Shown in pieces: positions 52,446 through 64,000 of a stretch of DNA of 64,000 bases. The notes below the pieces were generated by a model. It ran no database searches and had not been told where the DNA came from. It was given only the letters and a program-made list of their open reading frames with translations. Position 1 is the stretch's first letter. Each line of letters begins with the position of its first letter. Position numbers and translations under genes: made by a program. Origin of the DNA: Octopus vulgaris (taxonomy: Eukaryota); NCBI GenBank assembly GCA_951406725.2, contig OX597839.1, forward strand, positions 9,858,001-9,922,000. The letters run 5' to 3'.

Positions 52446-53062
52446 GTAACAAATACTTTACAGAAAAACAGAGGTCGTGTTGCCCGAAGCTATTATGAAA
52501 GGTACCCAATTATTTCTGTCTGTCCTTTTTGTTGTTGTTGTTGTTATGGCTGGGTAAGCCACACTTGACATCAGTTCTGTTATTTTTGTAAAGAAATTGT
52601 GTATAAATTATGGAAAACTGCCGTTGGGGAAGCACAAATGTGTACGATCTCACACAGATCTACCCTTGACAACCTCCACCTTATGTGAAACATCATAGAG
52701 AGGGCAGCGATGAAAGCAGGCTTTGGTGGGGCTCTGATCAATTTGGATCAGTCTGACGCATTCTATAGAGTCAACTATCATTACTTGGAAACTGGCTGTG
52801 TTCACATCTATTTTCAGAAGTTGGGTCACTCTAATGCGCATCAGGAGTATCATCAGGCACTCACAGCCTTCTACCAGTTGGATAATGGGATCAGTGAATG
52901 TTCCACTGTAGTAATATTTAGAGGATTAGTTAGTAAAGTGGTGAGCTGGCAGAATCGTTAGCACGCTGGGCGAAATGCTTTGCAGTATTTTGTTTGCCGT
53001 TACGTTCTGAGTTCAAATCCTGAGTCAAACTTATCATATGGATGTATATACCAATATATTTT
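52446..53062 (+). repeat. Inverted duplicate of 54554-55166
   Basis: About 615 bp that is the reverse complement of 54554-55166 with scattered substitutions. ORFs 52650-52853(-) and 54763-54966(+) are nearly identical. Confidence 0.95.
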
Positions 53063-53670
53063 ACGGACGGGTGGCACGTAAAAAGCACCCACTACACTCA
53101 CAGAGTGGTTGGCGTTAGGAAGGGCATCCAGCCGTAGAAACACTGCCAGATTTGACTGGGCCTGATGAAGCCTTCTGGCTTCACAGACCCCAGTAGAACC
53201 GTCCAACCCATGCTAGCATGGAAAACGGACGCTAAACGACGATGATGATGATGATGAACTTAGATTTTTGGGGCTAGCCAGATTTGAACAGTCTCAAGTG
53301 TAACTAGCCGAAACTGTAAGAATAATTTGGTAACTTGATTGATGAGAGGAAGCTGCAAATGACCCATCCTTGTTTTTGCCTGTCCGTCTTTGTATCATCT
53401 ATCTGTCAGGTTGTTTAATTATTGTCTGTTGTGTTCTTGCGGTGTTGACTCTAAATTCTATAGAATATCAATAGAGATAAATTCATATAGATATGAGAGA
53501 CAGGGAGAAATATAAATATATCTATAAAATTTATAAATGTTTCATATGCAAAAATCTGGCAGAATAATGAGATAAAAGATGTGAAAATAATGATGAAGAT
53601 GATGATGATGGTAGTAGCAGTGGCAGTGACTAACAGGGAAGTAAGAGGAATAGGAAGGTCTTTGCCTTAC

Positions 53671-53929
53671 CATCTGAAGCACTGTATTTAGTAAGGTTGT
53701 TGTTATTGTTCAACCATCCTGCAGGTACTTTTCTTTTACTTTTTGTCTTTGGCTGTGTAGTATCGTGTCGGATTTTAACATTCCCAGATTTGTAGATTTC
53801 ATATGCAAGGAGATTCCTGATAGTAGATGTGGTAAATGTACTGGTAATTATAGCTGACATAACATTAGGGACAATGTCAGTAAGAAAAAAAATCCATGGA
53901 AAATGAAGATGACACACTTCTAGCAAAAA
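53671..53929 (-). CDS. Unknown gene, internal exon
   Basis: CCACAG| FLLEVCHLHFPWIFFLTDIVPNVMSAII..LTKYSASD G|GTAAGG; phase 0-1. The acceptor was chosen for frame continuity. Confidence 0.65.
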
Positions 53930-53939
53930 CTGTGGTTAG

Positions 53940-53999
<60 letters not shown>

Positions 54000-55166
54000 G
54001 AACAATACTAAGAAAAGATTGAAAATGCATCAAAATTTTTTAGATACACATATCTGTTTTTGTACTTAAAACAAGTTCAATTTTTTAACATAAGGGAAAA
54101 TAATTTTGTTTTATATATTAATATGTATACTCACTTTTCCTTGTTTCAGTCATTTGACTGTGGCCATGCTGGAGCGGCGCCTTTAGTCAAGCAAATCAAC
54201 CCCAGGACTTATTCTATGTCAGCCTAATACTTATTCTATCGGTCTCTTTTGCCGAACCACTAAGTTACGGGGATGTAAACACCAGCATCGGTTGTCAAGT
54301 GATGTTGTGGGGGACAAACACAGACACACAAACACATACATACATATATATATATATATACAACTGGCTTCTTTCAGTTTCTATCTACCAAATCCACTCA
54401 CAAGGCTTTGGTTGGCCCGAGGCTATAGTAGAAGACACTTGCCCAAGGTGCCACGCAGTGGGACTGAACCCGGAACGATGCGGTTCGTAAGCAAGTTACT
54501 TACCACACAGCCACTCCTACACCTATGGAAATAAAAATACAAAAGCTTAACTGAAAATATATTGGTATATACATCTATATGATAAGTTTGACTCAGAATT
54601 CGAACTCAGAACGTAACGGCAAACAAAATACCGCAAAGCATTTCGCCCAGCGTGCTAATGATTCTGCCAGCTCGCCGATTTACTAACTAATCCTCTAAAT
54701 ATTACTACATTGGAACATTCACTGATCCCATTATCCAACTGGTAGAGGGCTGTGAGTGCCTGATGATACTCTTGATGTGCATTACAGTGACCCAACTACT
54801 GAAAATAGATGTGAACACAGCCAGTTTCCAAGTAATGATAGTTGACTCTATAGAATGTGTCAGACTGATCCAAATTGATCAGAGCCCCACCAAAGCCTGC
54901 TTTCATCCCTGCCCTCTCTATGATGTTTCACATAAGGTGGAGGTTGTCAAGGGTAGATCTGTGTGAGATCGTACATATTTGTGCTTCCCCAACAGCAGTT
55001 TTCCATAATTTATACACAATTTCTTTACAAAAATAACAGAACTTATGTCAAGTGTGGCTTGGCCATAACAACAACAACAACAAAAAGGACAGACAGAAAT
55101 AATGGGGTACCTTTCATAATAGCTTCGGGCAACACGACCTCTGTTTTTCTGTAAAGTATTTGTTAC

Positions 55167-55205
55167 CTCACGGTATATAACAGCCCACTTCATTTTTTCT
55201 GTTAC
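55167..55205 (-). CDS. Unknown gene, 39-nt exon
   Basis: CCATTACAG| VTEKMKWAVIYRE |GTAACA; phase 0-0. Confidence 0.6.
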
Positions 55206-55253
55206 CTGTAATGGTAGATATTGGTAGAACAGTAAGTAAATGAAGCACACACA

Positions 55254-55503
55254 TACAGGTGGTATCAGAAAGTTCCCAGACTAGTTCTGTAGTGTACCAA
55301 AAGGTGGCAGCACACAGTTGCATGTGCAGTGAGAGCTAGCAGTGGCCTTCAAAAGGGTGTTTTCCGAGTGGCATCACTGTGATTACTTTGCAAGTTGTGA
55401 AATTTCTTGTTTTGTGATCATGTATATGCTGTAGTCTGTGATTTTGTCATGGACAGGAAGTTGGAACAAAGAACCAACGTGAAATTTTGCATTAAACTTG
55501 GAA
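55254..55503 (+). mobile_element. mariner 5' end relic
   Basis: TA-CAGGTGGTATCAGAAAGTTCCC TIR-like start followed by MDRKLEQRTNVKFCIKLG. Confidence 0.7.
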
Positions 55504-55673
55504 GTATAGGCGTAGGAGTGGCTGTGTGGTAAGTAGCTTGCTTACGAACCACATGGTTCCGAGTTCAGTCCCACTGCATAGCACCTTAGGCAAGTGTCTT
55601 CTACTATAGCCTCAGGCTGACCAAAGCCTTGTGAGTAGATTTGGTAGACGGAAACTGAAAGAAGCCCGTCGTA

Positions 55674-55728
<55 letters not shown>

Positions 55729-55904
55729 GTATATGTGTGAGTATATATATATATATATGTATTGTGTATATATGTTTGTGTGTCTGTGTTTGTCCCTCCA
55801 ACATCGCTTGACAACCAATGCTGGTGTGTTTACGTCTCTGTAACTTAGCGGTTCGGCAAAAGAGACCGATAGAATAAATACTAGGCTTACAAAGAATAAG
55901 TCCT

Positions 55905-57597
55905 ATATGACAAAGTTGCACAGTAAGACAGAGGAAGGTACATCAGTACCAATGAGGCTTTTTGGTGCATTTTCAATTTTCCCATTCATGAGAGACACTC
56001 AGCCATCATTCATTTGAGTGACCATCTAGAGAATGGCCACAGGGTTATTTTTATAAAACAAACAGCCTTGCAACAAGCACTTTCTCCAAAAGAAACTAAC
56101 CTTTTAAGTTGTGTGAAGTAATTGAAGATGCAAGAAAACTCCTTTATCTACAACTAGCAGTATCACCTGGCGTTTCTCGGGTTTGTAAGGGAAATAACTA
56201 TATAAGCATTTTTAGAGAGTTACCTCCGTTATATAAACCGAGCAAAAAATGCATTAAAAATGTGAAAAAATAATGGTAAATTTTTTTTTAAATCATAGAC
56301 TCATCATAGACACGTGATAATACCCAGAAGGGCTTGATATGAATCACAACTATAAGATACCCACTTTTGGTTAAACTGCACCGCAAAATGTGGGAGTAGT
56401 TAGGAATCTAAATTGGAGGAGACAGACTCTCACACACACAACTTCAGTTTTATATATAAAGATTACCCAAGTATTACACCTGGAAAAACAATAAGTGGCA
56501 CAAGAGGAAATGTGGAGCTGACATTCTTGCAAGAGTTTACAGTGTCTACCCAAGCCAAGCAGAATGCTACTGCTTACGGCTCCTTTTGCATCAAGTACGC
56601 GGTCCCAAATCATTCAAAGATTCAAGGAGGGTAAATGGTCATGTGTGTGAAACTTATAGGGCAGCCTGCTATCAAAAATGTTTTCAGAAAATGATGAGAA
56701 TTGGGACTTTGCATTGACTGGAGCATCAGTATCAGATTCTCCAAGGAAACTTTGTAACTTTTTTGCAGTTATACTGAACATGTGTCAACTTTGCAGATGA
56801 AACATCATGAGGATATAGCTGAAGATTTAAAGTATGCAATTCAATAGGCAAACCCAGATATCAATATTCAGTTCTCTGAAACAATTTTAAACCAAGCACT
56901 GATTGAAATTGATGATCAAGTTTTGGCCATTGGAGGCAAAAATTTACAAGAGTTTGGCTCTGGACTGCCAAAAACAAATTGTCAAATTAGTGATTTAATT
57001 TCAAGACATAGCAGGAGAGAAAAATTATGATATCACAAGTTGGCTGCATTTGTGAATGAACATGAACCTAAACTTCTTCCAGAACAATGTTGTGCATATG
57101 ATAAAATTATTTTATCAGTCAGAGAAAAAAGCAGAGAAATTTTCTTTCTTGATGTGCCTGGTGGCACAGGTAAAACATTTATAACAACATTGCTTCTCTC
57201 CAAGGTGAGGCAACAAAAAAGAATTGCAGTTGCTGTAGCATCATCTGGTGTTCCTTCCACCTTTCTCCCAAAAGGAAGAACAGCTCATTCTGCTTTTAAA
57301 TTCCTGCTAAACCTGGTCACAAATGACAGTCCAATTTGTAACATAAGCTAAGGTTCAGGTTCAGCAGAAGTGTTGTGCCAATACCACCTGATCATTTGGG
57401 ATGAATGCACCGTGTCACACAGAGGTGCAATGGAAGCTCTTGATAAGACCTTACAGGACATCAGAGGCAATAATAAATCTATGGGAGGAGTTGCATTAGT
57501 TTTATCAGGAAACTTCAGACATTACCAGTCATTCTGAAACAAACAAGATCTGATGAAATAAAAGCATGCTTTAAGTCTTCATACCTATGGCAAACTG
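55905..57597 (+). mobile_element. Helitron RepHel relic (Pif1-like helicase)
   Basis: YISTNEAFWCIFNFPIHER..HLENGHRV, FFLDVPGGTGKTF (Walker A), VASSG..GRTAHSAFK, IIWDEC and LQDIRGNNKSMGG. Multiple stops. Confidence 0.92.
56154..56462 (-). mobile_element. Non-autonomous Helitron nested in the RepHel relic
   Basis: Minus strand starts A|TC and ends in the imperfect hairpin CCCGAGAAACGCCAGG, then CTAG|T. Removing it restores the host frame LLYLQ/LPKYYTW. Confidence 0.8.
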
Positions 57598-57794
57598 TAT
57601 CAACCTCTTTGCCTTTCCTTTGGATAACACTGACGGCGTGGAGAGGGGAGGCCGGTATGCATGGGCGACTGCAGGTCTTCCATAAACAACCTTGCCCGGT
57701 CTTGTGCCTGGGAGGGTAACTTTCTAGATGCAATCCCATGGTCATAGGTGTCTACTCTTTGAATATATATATATATATATATATACATACATAC

Positions 57795-57825
<31 letters not shown>

Positions 57826-58138
57826 TATATACATACACATTATATTCATATTCACATACACAAAAACAGGTGCATATATATTCAACCCTTCATACATGCC
57901 CACCACAGACATGCTTTAGATCTAGTCCCGAGCTCCCCAGACCCCGGTCGAAACCGTCCAACCCGTGCTAGCGTGGAAAACGGACGTTAAACGATGATGA
58001 TGATGATGATGATACATATACACACACACACACATATATACTTACACATTATATTCATATTCACATACACAAAAACAGGTGCATATATATTCAACCCTTC
58101 ATACATGCCCACCACAGTCATGCTTTAGATCTACTTAC

Positions 58139-58291
58139 ATTGTTATAACCGCCTGCATCTAGTACCACACAGTAGAACTGGTATGGATCAATAGTGATAT
58201 TTTCCCACACTGCGACCTCAAGGTCCATATTGTTGAAAGTCAGGAACTTTTTCAAATCCACTGAAAAATCTGCTTCATGTCTGTGGTAATT
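58139..58291 (-). CDS. Unknown gene, internal exon
   Basis: NYHRHEADFSVDLKKFLTFNNMDLEVAVWENITIDPYQFYCVVLDAGGYNN |GTAAGT. Acceptor TTATAG at 58292 gives phase 0; an alternative TTTTTCAG acceptor at 58261 is phase 1. Confidence 0.62.
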
Positions 58292-59744
58292 CTATAATGA
58301 TAATAATAATTATTATTTCTACTATAGTAACAAGGCTAGGAATTTTCAGGGGAGGTGGTTTAGTTGATTGCAACAATCTCAGTACTTGCCTGGTACTTTA
58401 TTTTATTGACCCCTGAAGGACAAAAGGCGAAGTTGATCTAAGTGAAATTCAAACTGAGAACATAATGATTCAGAAGAAATATTATTAGGAAATTTGTTTG
58501 ATGCTCTGATTCTGCTGATTTCCTGTCTATACAGATAATAATCACCCTAACTGTCTGTAACATAAATATTTTGAAGATAATGAAGAGTTTAGTAAAATAA
58601 CTAAGTCATTATTGAGCTGCTGGTGTTAGAAACATAAATTACCATGAAGTTTTGATGGAAGATTTAAATTGTAATCGCTTTAAAACAGGAAGTTTGCATT
58701 GGTGTCAAAAGGATTAAAATAAGGAAGAATATATTGATAATGGGTGGAGGCGCAATGGCCCAGTGGTTAGAGCAGCGGACTTATGGTCGTAGGATCGCAG
58801 TTTCGATTCCCAGACCAGGCATTGTGAGTGTTTATTGAGTGAAAACGCCTAAAGCTCCATGAAGCTCCGGCAGTGGGTGATGGCGATCCCTGCTGTACTC
58901 TTTCACCACAACTTTCACTCTTTCTTCTGTTGGCCTGCTTGCTTAGCTAGCGTGGTGGCATCATTTGAAGGCTAAAACAATGTGAAGCGCATTGTGACCA
59001 GCGATGTGTAGCAACATCTGATAGCCTGGTCGGTCACAGGGACCACGGTGATATTGATAATGTAACCCCTAGACAAACAATGCATGAAAAAAATTGATGG
59101 TTTGGTTATGGTCAGAATGCTTATGACTGATGGTTTAGGGACCTGATAGAGGGTTAACCCTTTAGCATTCAGATTATTCTATCATATTTATTCACATTGC
59201 TTTGAATTAATCTTGCATTATTTTGTAGCTTCAAGGCAGCAAGCTGGCAGAAAGGTTGGTACGCTGGGCGAAATGCTTAGCAGTATTTCGTCTGTCTTTA
59301 GATTCCCAGTTCAAATTCCACCAAGGTCAACTTTGCCTTTCATCCTTTCGGGGTTGATAAATTAAGTACCAGTTGCATACTGGGGTTGATCTAATTGACT
59401 GGCCCTCTCCCCTAAAATTTTAGGCTTTGTGCCTAGAGTAGAAAAGATTATTTTGTAGCTTCAAGATTTTGATGATGTGATTGTTTATTTTTAGAATGAC
59501 ATGGTAGGGTAGATGTGAAAGGCCAGATCTGGGTGGTTTAAATATAAAACAGGTAGAATATTTTGGCCAGATATGACCAGTTTAAAAGCTAAAGGGTTAA
59601 ACAATAACAAACCCAACATCAAGAGCTGCACCAATAACAGCAACAACAAGAAAAACAGAGGGACAGCTGAATAGAAAAAAAGAGAGAAAATAGGTGGGGG
59701 AAGGGGAGAGAAGGGCAACCTTATCACATGATAACAGAAGTTAC

Positions 59745-59914
59745 CTCTATATCTTGTGTCAGTTTTTCTTCCAAGCTCATGCTTAGTGTAGGGTTCTTTG
59801 TAAAGCGAGTCATTACTGTTGTACTGTTACTCTGATTCACCTTGATGTTCGGGTCACTACACGGGCGCTGCGGTGTCTTTAGGTAGCCAGCTGCATCATA
59901 GACTGTAGAAGTAC
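59745..59914 (-). CDS. Unknown gene, internal exon
   Basis: ATCTGTAG| GTSTVYDAAGYLKTPQRPCSDPN..SLEEKLTQDIE |GTAACT. This is the only open frame; phase 1-0. Confidence 0.65.
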
Positions 59915-60249
59915 CTACAGATAGATGGATAGATAAGTAGGTACTTAGTTTCGTAGGTAGCTATATAGGTAGGCAACCAAGCAGATAGACACACACACAC
60001 ACATAAATATATAATCATAATCATATATGAATTTCATCGTCATTGTCTAACACCCACTTTTCCATGCTTGCATGGGTCAGATGTCCTTTCTGTCTCCAGC
60101 ATCTACCCGTTTCCCAGAAAGGTAATATTTCTCCATTGCCAGACATATTTTTGTGGAAGACTGGAAACAAATTACATTAACTGTATGACAGTGATGCTCA
60201 TTTACAATCATCACATGTCAAGACAAGGCTACATACAAACACAACACAC

Positions 60250-60306
<57 letters not shown>

Positions 60307-61600
60307 TACATATATATATATATTCACATATATATATATATATATATATAAAACAGAGTTTGTATGTGTGTATGTGTGTGTGCGTATGTTCCTTATGGAT
60401 TCAAAAACTGAGTTGCCAATTTTGATGTATGAGGTATCAAAAGAATCAGTAATCATTCAGCTATTAAATAAAGTATGATTTTTGCACAACACTTTTTTAC
60501 TACAAAAATAACCTCAAAAACAAAGTCAGGTTGCACAATTTTGAAGTCTTTAGCTAAGGGAAGCAAGTACACCTGAACCATCTTTGTCTTAGATAAAGCA
60601 TAAGAAAATGTTTAAAACACATGGAGTTTTGCCAGGGAATGAAACTTCAAAGATACACCGTCAACTTTATTGGTATTATTTAGTAGATAATCTTTTAATG
60701 TGAAGTATGTTTGTCTGTGTTTTGTTTACCCTACACTCGTGCAACCTTTACTCACCCAACCTTCGTGATCTTGCCCCCACACTCTCTACTAAATCACCTT
60801 CTTCTATTTTGAGGATATGCTTTAACACTTTATTTCCACCCCATTTACTCATAACAATCCTCATTTGATGTGAACTCGCCCTGTATTTTCTCTCCAACAA
60901 CAGACCTGTCCCTTTTTATCATACTTTTTCTCATACATCTCAACATCTGATTTAAAGCAACCTTCTCTTTTAATATATCTCCTCTCAGTTCAACAGAGGC
61001 TCTTTAGATTTGTGAGTTGCATGGTAACATCACAAGTGCTGGTGCCATGTAAAATGTTTCCAGTACATTCTGTAAAGTGGATAGCATTAGAAAGAGCATC
61101 TCACCATAGAAACCAAGCCAAAACTGAGACATTGGAACAAGACACAGTCCTCATATCTGTTGGATTCTGTCAAACCTATTTCTTTACTACCCACAAGGGG
61201 CTAAACACAGAGAGGACAAACAAGGACAGACAAATGGATTAAGTCGATTATATCAATCCCAGTGCATAACTGGTACTTAATTTATCAACCCCGAAAGGAT
61301 GAAAGGCAAAGTCGACCTTAGCAGGAATTTGAACTCAGAACATAACGGCAGACAAAATACGGCTAAGCATTTCACCCGGCGTGCTAACGATTCTGCCAGC
61401 TCGACGCCTTCTGTCAAACCATCCAACTCATGCCAGCATGGGTTGGATGGTTTAATGAATGTAATGGATTGCTTTCACACCACCCCAACTCATCACAACT
61501 AGCATCACACATCACCATACACAACTACCACCACACAACACAATTACACACACCACCACAACACAATTTCCACCAGTACCACACACTTTCTTCAACTCAC

Positions 61601-62063
61601 CAGATCCAACAGAACTACTCTCTATATATTCAGAGACAATGTTTTCTTCACTATCAAAGAAATGTTGCCTCTTAACAAGAGAGTGACTACAATGGGTATA
61701 GCTTTCTTGTGCTCCTGCATCCTGGAATTTTGCTGCCACGGTAACTGCAGCTGTTGTTGTTACTACTGGTGCTGTTACTTGTGTCAATCTGGAGAGTTTG
61801 GGGTCATCACAACTAAATTCCAATATAGGTCTATCATAGAAACTATGTTCTCCTTTTCTGGTGCTTGAAGTCATGGCCCTATTGTTATTGATGTTATTGT
61901 TTCCTATTTTGGTATTGTGTTCACTTCCAGTATAATTGAAGACACATCTTTTCAGTCTGACAGACTTGGACAACTTCTGAAAGATCTCTGCTTCTTTTAG
62001 GGCTCCTTGAATGCTGTTTCCTCTGAATGTGCTTTTATGACCCTTACTTTTAGGCATATACCT
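61601..62063 (-). CDS. Unknown gene, large internal exon
   Basis: AAACAG| RYMPKSKGHKSTFRGNSIQGALKEAEIFQKL..SSSVGS G|GTGAGT. 154 open codons in non-repetitive DNA. Confidence 0.72.
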
Positions 62064-62664
62064 CTGTTTGACAATGTAATAAAATAAGTTATAAATACAA
62101 ATATAATAAAATAAAATATAAATACTAATATAAGAAGGGAAATTTTAGATTGTTTCTCATATATATTTCTTTACTGCCCACAAGGGGCTAAACATAAAGG
62201 GGACAAACAAGGACAGACAAAGGGATTAAGTCGATTACATCGACCCGAGTGCGAAACTGGTACTTTATTTATCGACCCCGAAAGGATGAAAGGCAAAGTC
62301 GACCTTGGCGGAATTTGAACTCAGAACGTAACAGAAGACGAGATACTGCTAAGCATTTCGCCCGGTGTGCTAACGATTCGGCCGGCTCGCCGCCTTATTG
62401 TTTCTCATATAGTCACAAGACCAGATATTTAGATGCAGGATAATTTGTCTATTGAACTGACTCCAGTATGTACTGGTGTTTCATTTTATAGAACCTGGAA
62501 GACTGAAAGCAAAGTGGACCTCAGTATGTAAAGAATTGGAGCAAATAAAGCAAGGCATTTTGCCAGACACGTTAGCAATTCTACCAATTCACTTCTTTTA
62601 TAACAAGCCACAGGTATATATAAATATGATAAAATAAAACGACACAGTTCTATATTTAAGAGAT

Positions 62665-62940
62665 GAGGAATCATGTACATTATTTACATTTGATGGATAT
62701 TTGTCCTCATCTTGGCGTAGTGGTTAAGAACGTGGGCTACTAAACCCAAGATTCTGAGTTCGGTTCCAGGCAAGGAGGAGGAGAAGATGAAGAAGAAGAA
62801 TGCTGCCGCCACTGAAAAATATCTAGGAATGAGACCCGAGGTTCGAAATTTCCCCAAGATACCTGATGAAGGCTGGAGGGTATATCAGCTGAAATGTTGT
62901 GTTAACAAACAATATGCGGACAAATATCTGTCCAATGTAA
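62665..62940 (+). mobile_element. Composite repeat: tRNA-like head plus hammerhead-like module inside ~29-bp inverted ends
   Basis: TGGCGTAGTGGTTAAG..GAGTTCGGTTCC (A and B boxes), then GATAC-CTGATGA-AGGCTG..CAGCT-GAAATGTT-GTGTT (62858-62903). Flanks ATTTACATTTGATGGATATTTGTCC and GGACAAATATCTGTCCAATGTAAAT. Confidence 0.6.
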
Positions 62941-63495
62941 ATTTAACTAGTCCGGGAATTTTTTGATACACCTTGCACATTTACTTTCAATGCTGGCTTG
63001 GGCTGGACAGGTAATTTCTGCCCATCTAGATGGGTTGTAGGGCCACATCTTGCTCCTAAGTTTCATTTTGGTTTCTGTTCTACAACTACATACACTTCCT
63101 AACACCAATCATTTTACAACATGCACTGGATGCATTTTTGTGCACTAGAAAGGTTATCACATTTTCAACAAGACTCTAGGGAGACTTTTAAAATGCTAGT
63201 CCTTCATTGGAAGTTTATAGAAATAAAAGAGGAGACTGACAGAGAAAGTGGCTGGAAAGAGATAAAAAGAACATCTTCCAACCTGAGTCTTAACTCCTCT
63301 CTTTCTCTACTGAAGAGAGAAGCGAGGTATATAAATATTATGTTAAGATTGGAAAAGTCTGATCTTTGTTTTCAAATAAAAATGAACAACTGCAGACATA
63401 GTCTACTCAACCTCCATTGATCAGTTTAGCAAAGACTTTTACTTAGAGAAAACAAATGACAAATAATTTTGAGCCAATATAATTTGAATAAATAA

Positions 63496-63929
63496 GAATC
63501 TTTTCGGTTTGAACAGCAGTTTTTAAAAATAATTTCCACGTAACTAAACACTTTTAAACTTCGTATACTGGTAGAATGTGTTTATAAAACATCTTTTTCT
63601 CTTGGCTTTATTGAGAAAATTCTATAGTTTGTAAGATATTTGTTGTTTTTTTTTCTTCAATTTCTGCAATTTCAACCAATCATTGACGTCTATTGAGGTA
63701 AAAAACATTCTGTGCCGTATGAATATGTCCCTCGTTTAAGAAACAGATTGGGTTTATTTACATTTGTGAAGAAAAAAAGATACCCTTCCCCCCCCCAACC
63801 CTAACCCTACCCCTAACCCTAACCCTAAAACAGATTGAAATGCAATAGATCGATACTAGTGTCATAATTATGGGTGACAATCTCATATGACACCGCTAGA
63901 AAAAACTGCCGTTGAAACCGAAAAGATCC
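63496..63929. mobile_element. MITE (same family as 32872-33277) with CCCTAA repeats
   Basis: GAATCTTTTCGGTTTGAAC...GTTGAAACCGAAAAGATCC. Flanks ATAAATAA and ATAGATAA. Internal CCCTAACCCTACCCCTAACCCTAACCCTAA. Confidence 0.85.
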
Positions 63930-64000
63930 ATAGATAATAAAAAATGATGGGAGTTATAGAAAATAACCCAAATGTTTTCCTTTCTGTTGTATTGTTGTTA

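Noticed and set aside
57040-57351. Host PIF1 helicase gene near STN1
   Set aside because: Intronless, full of stops and frameshifts, and continuous with Helitron-specific upstream motifs.
63121-63445. 99-aa plus-strand ORF or a further minus-strand exon
   Set aside because: No motif, and no convincing splice pair in phase with the 62063 acceptor.
63795-63830. True telomere or chromosome-fusion scar
   Set aside because: Only a few imperfect CCCTAA units, and they are internal to a TIR element.

Overview
Repeat-rich, AT-rich animal genomic DNA with spliced genes. The SINE, LINE and MITE landscape and (TA)n/(CA)n tracts look like an octopus (cephalopod) genome; that is an inference from repeat style only. 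Three genes can be read. (1) The first coding exon of a myosin-XVIII-like gene (minus strand, ATG 14082), whose intron runs off the left edge. (2) A complete nine-coding-exon STN1/OBFC1 gene (CST telomere complex; + strand, 27454-41408, 344 aa), with a minor-spliceosome (U12) intron and a 64-bp minisatellite. (3) The 3' part of an unrecognised minus-strand gene (seven frame-consistent exons, 46487-62063). The rest is decayed RTE and CR1-like LINEs, tRNA-derived SINEs, Tigger, mariner, hAT, Helitron and Gypsy relics, and MITEs. The most unusual items are: a 2.87-kb foldback transposon with ~1.3-kb arms, a 9-bp target duplication and the same SINE in both arms; a SINE insertion carrying an inverted 0.6-kb copy of the host intron that begins exactly at its GT donor; several minimal hammerhead-ribozyme motifs; and MITEs carrying telomere-like CCCTAA repeats. 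Coordinates were counted by hand and no database search was possible.
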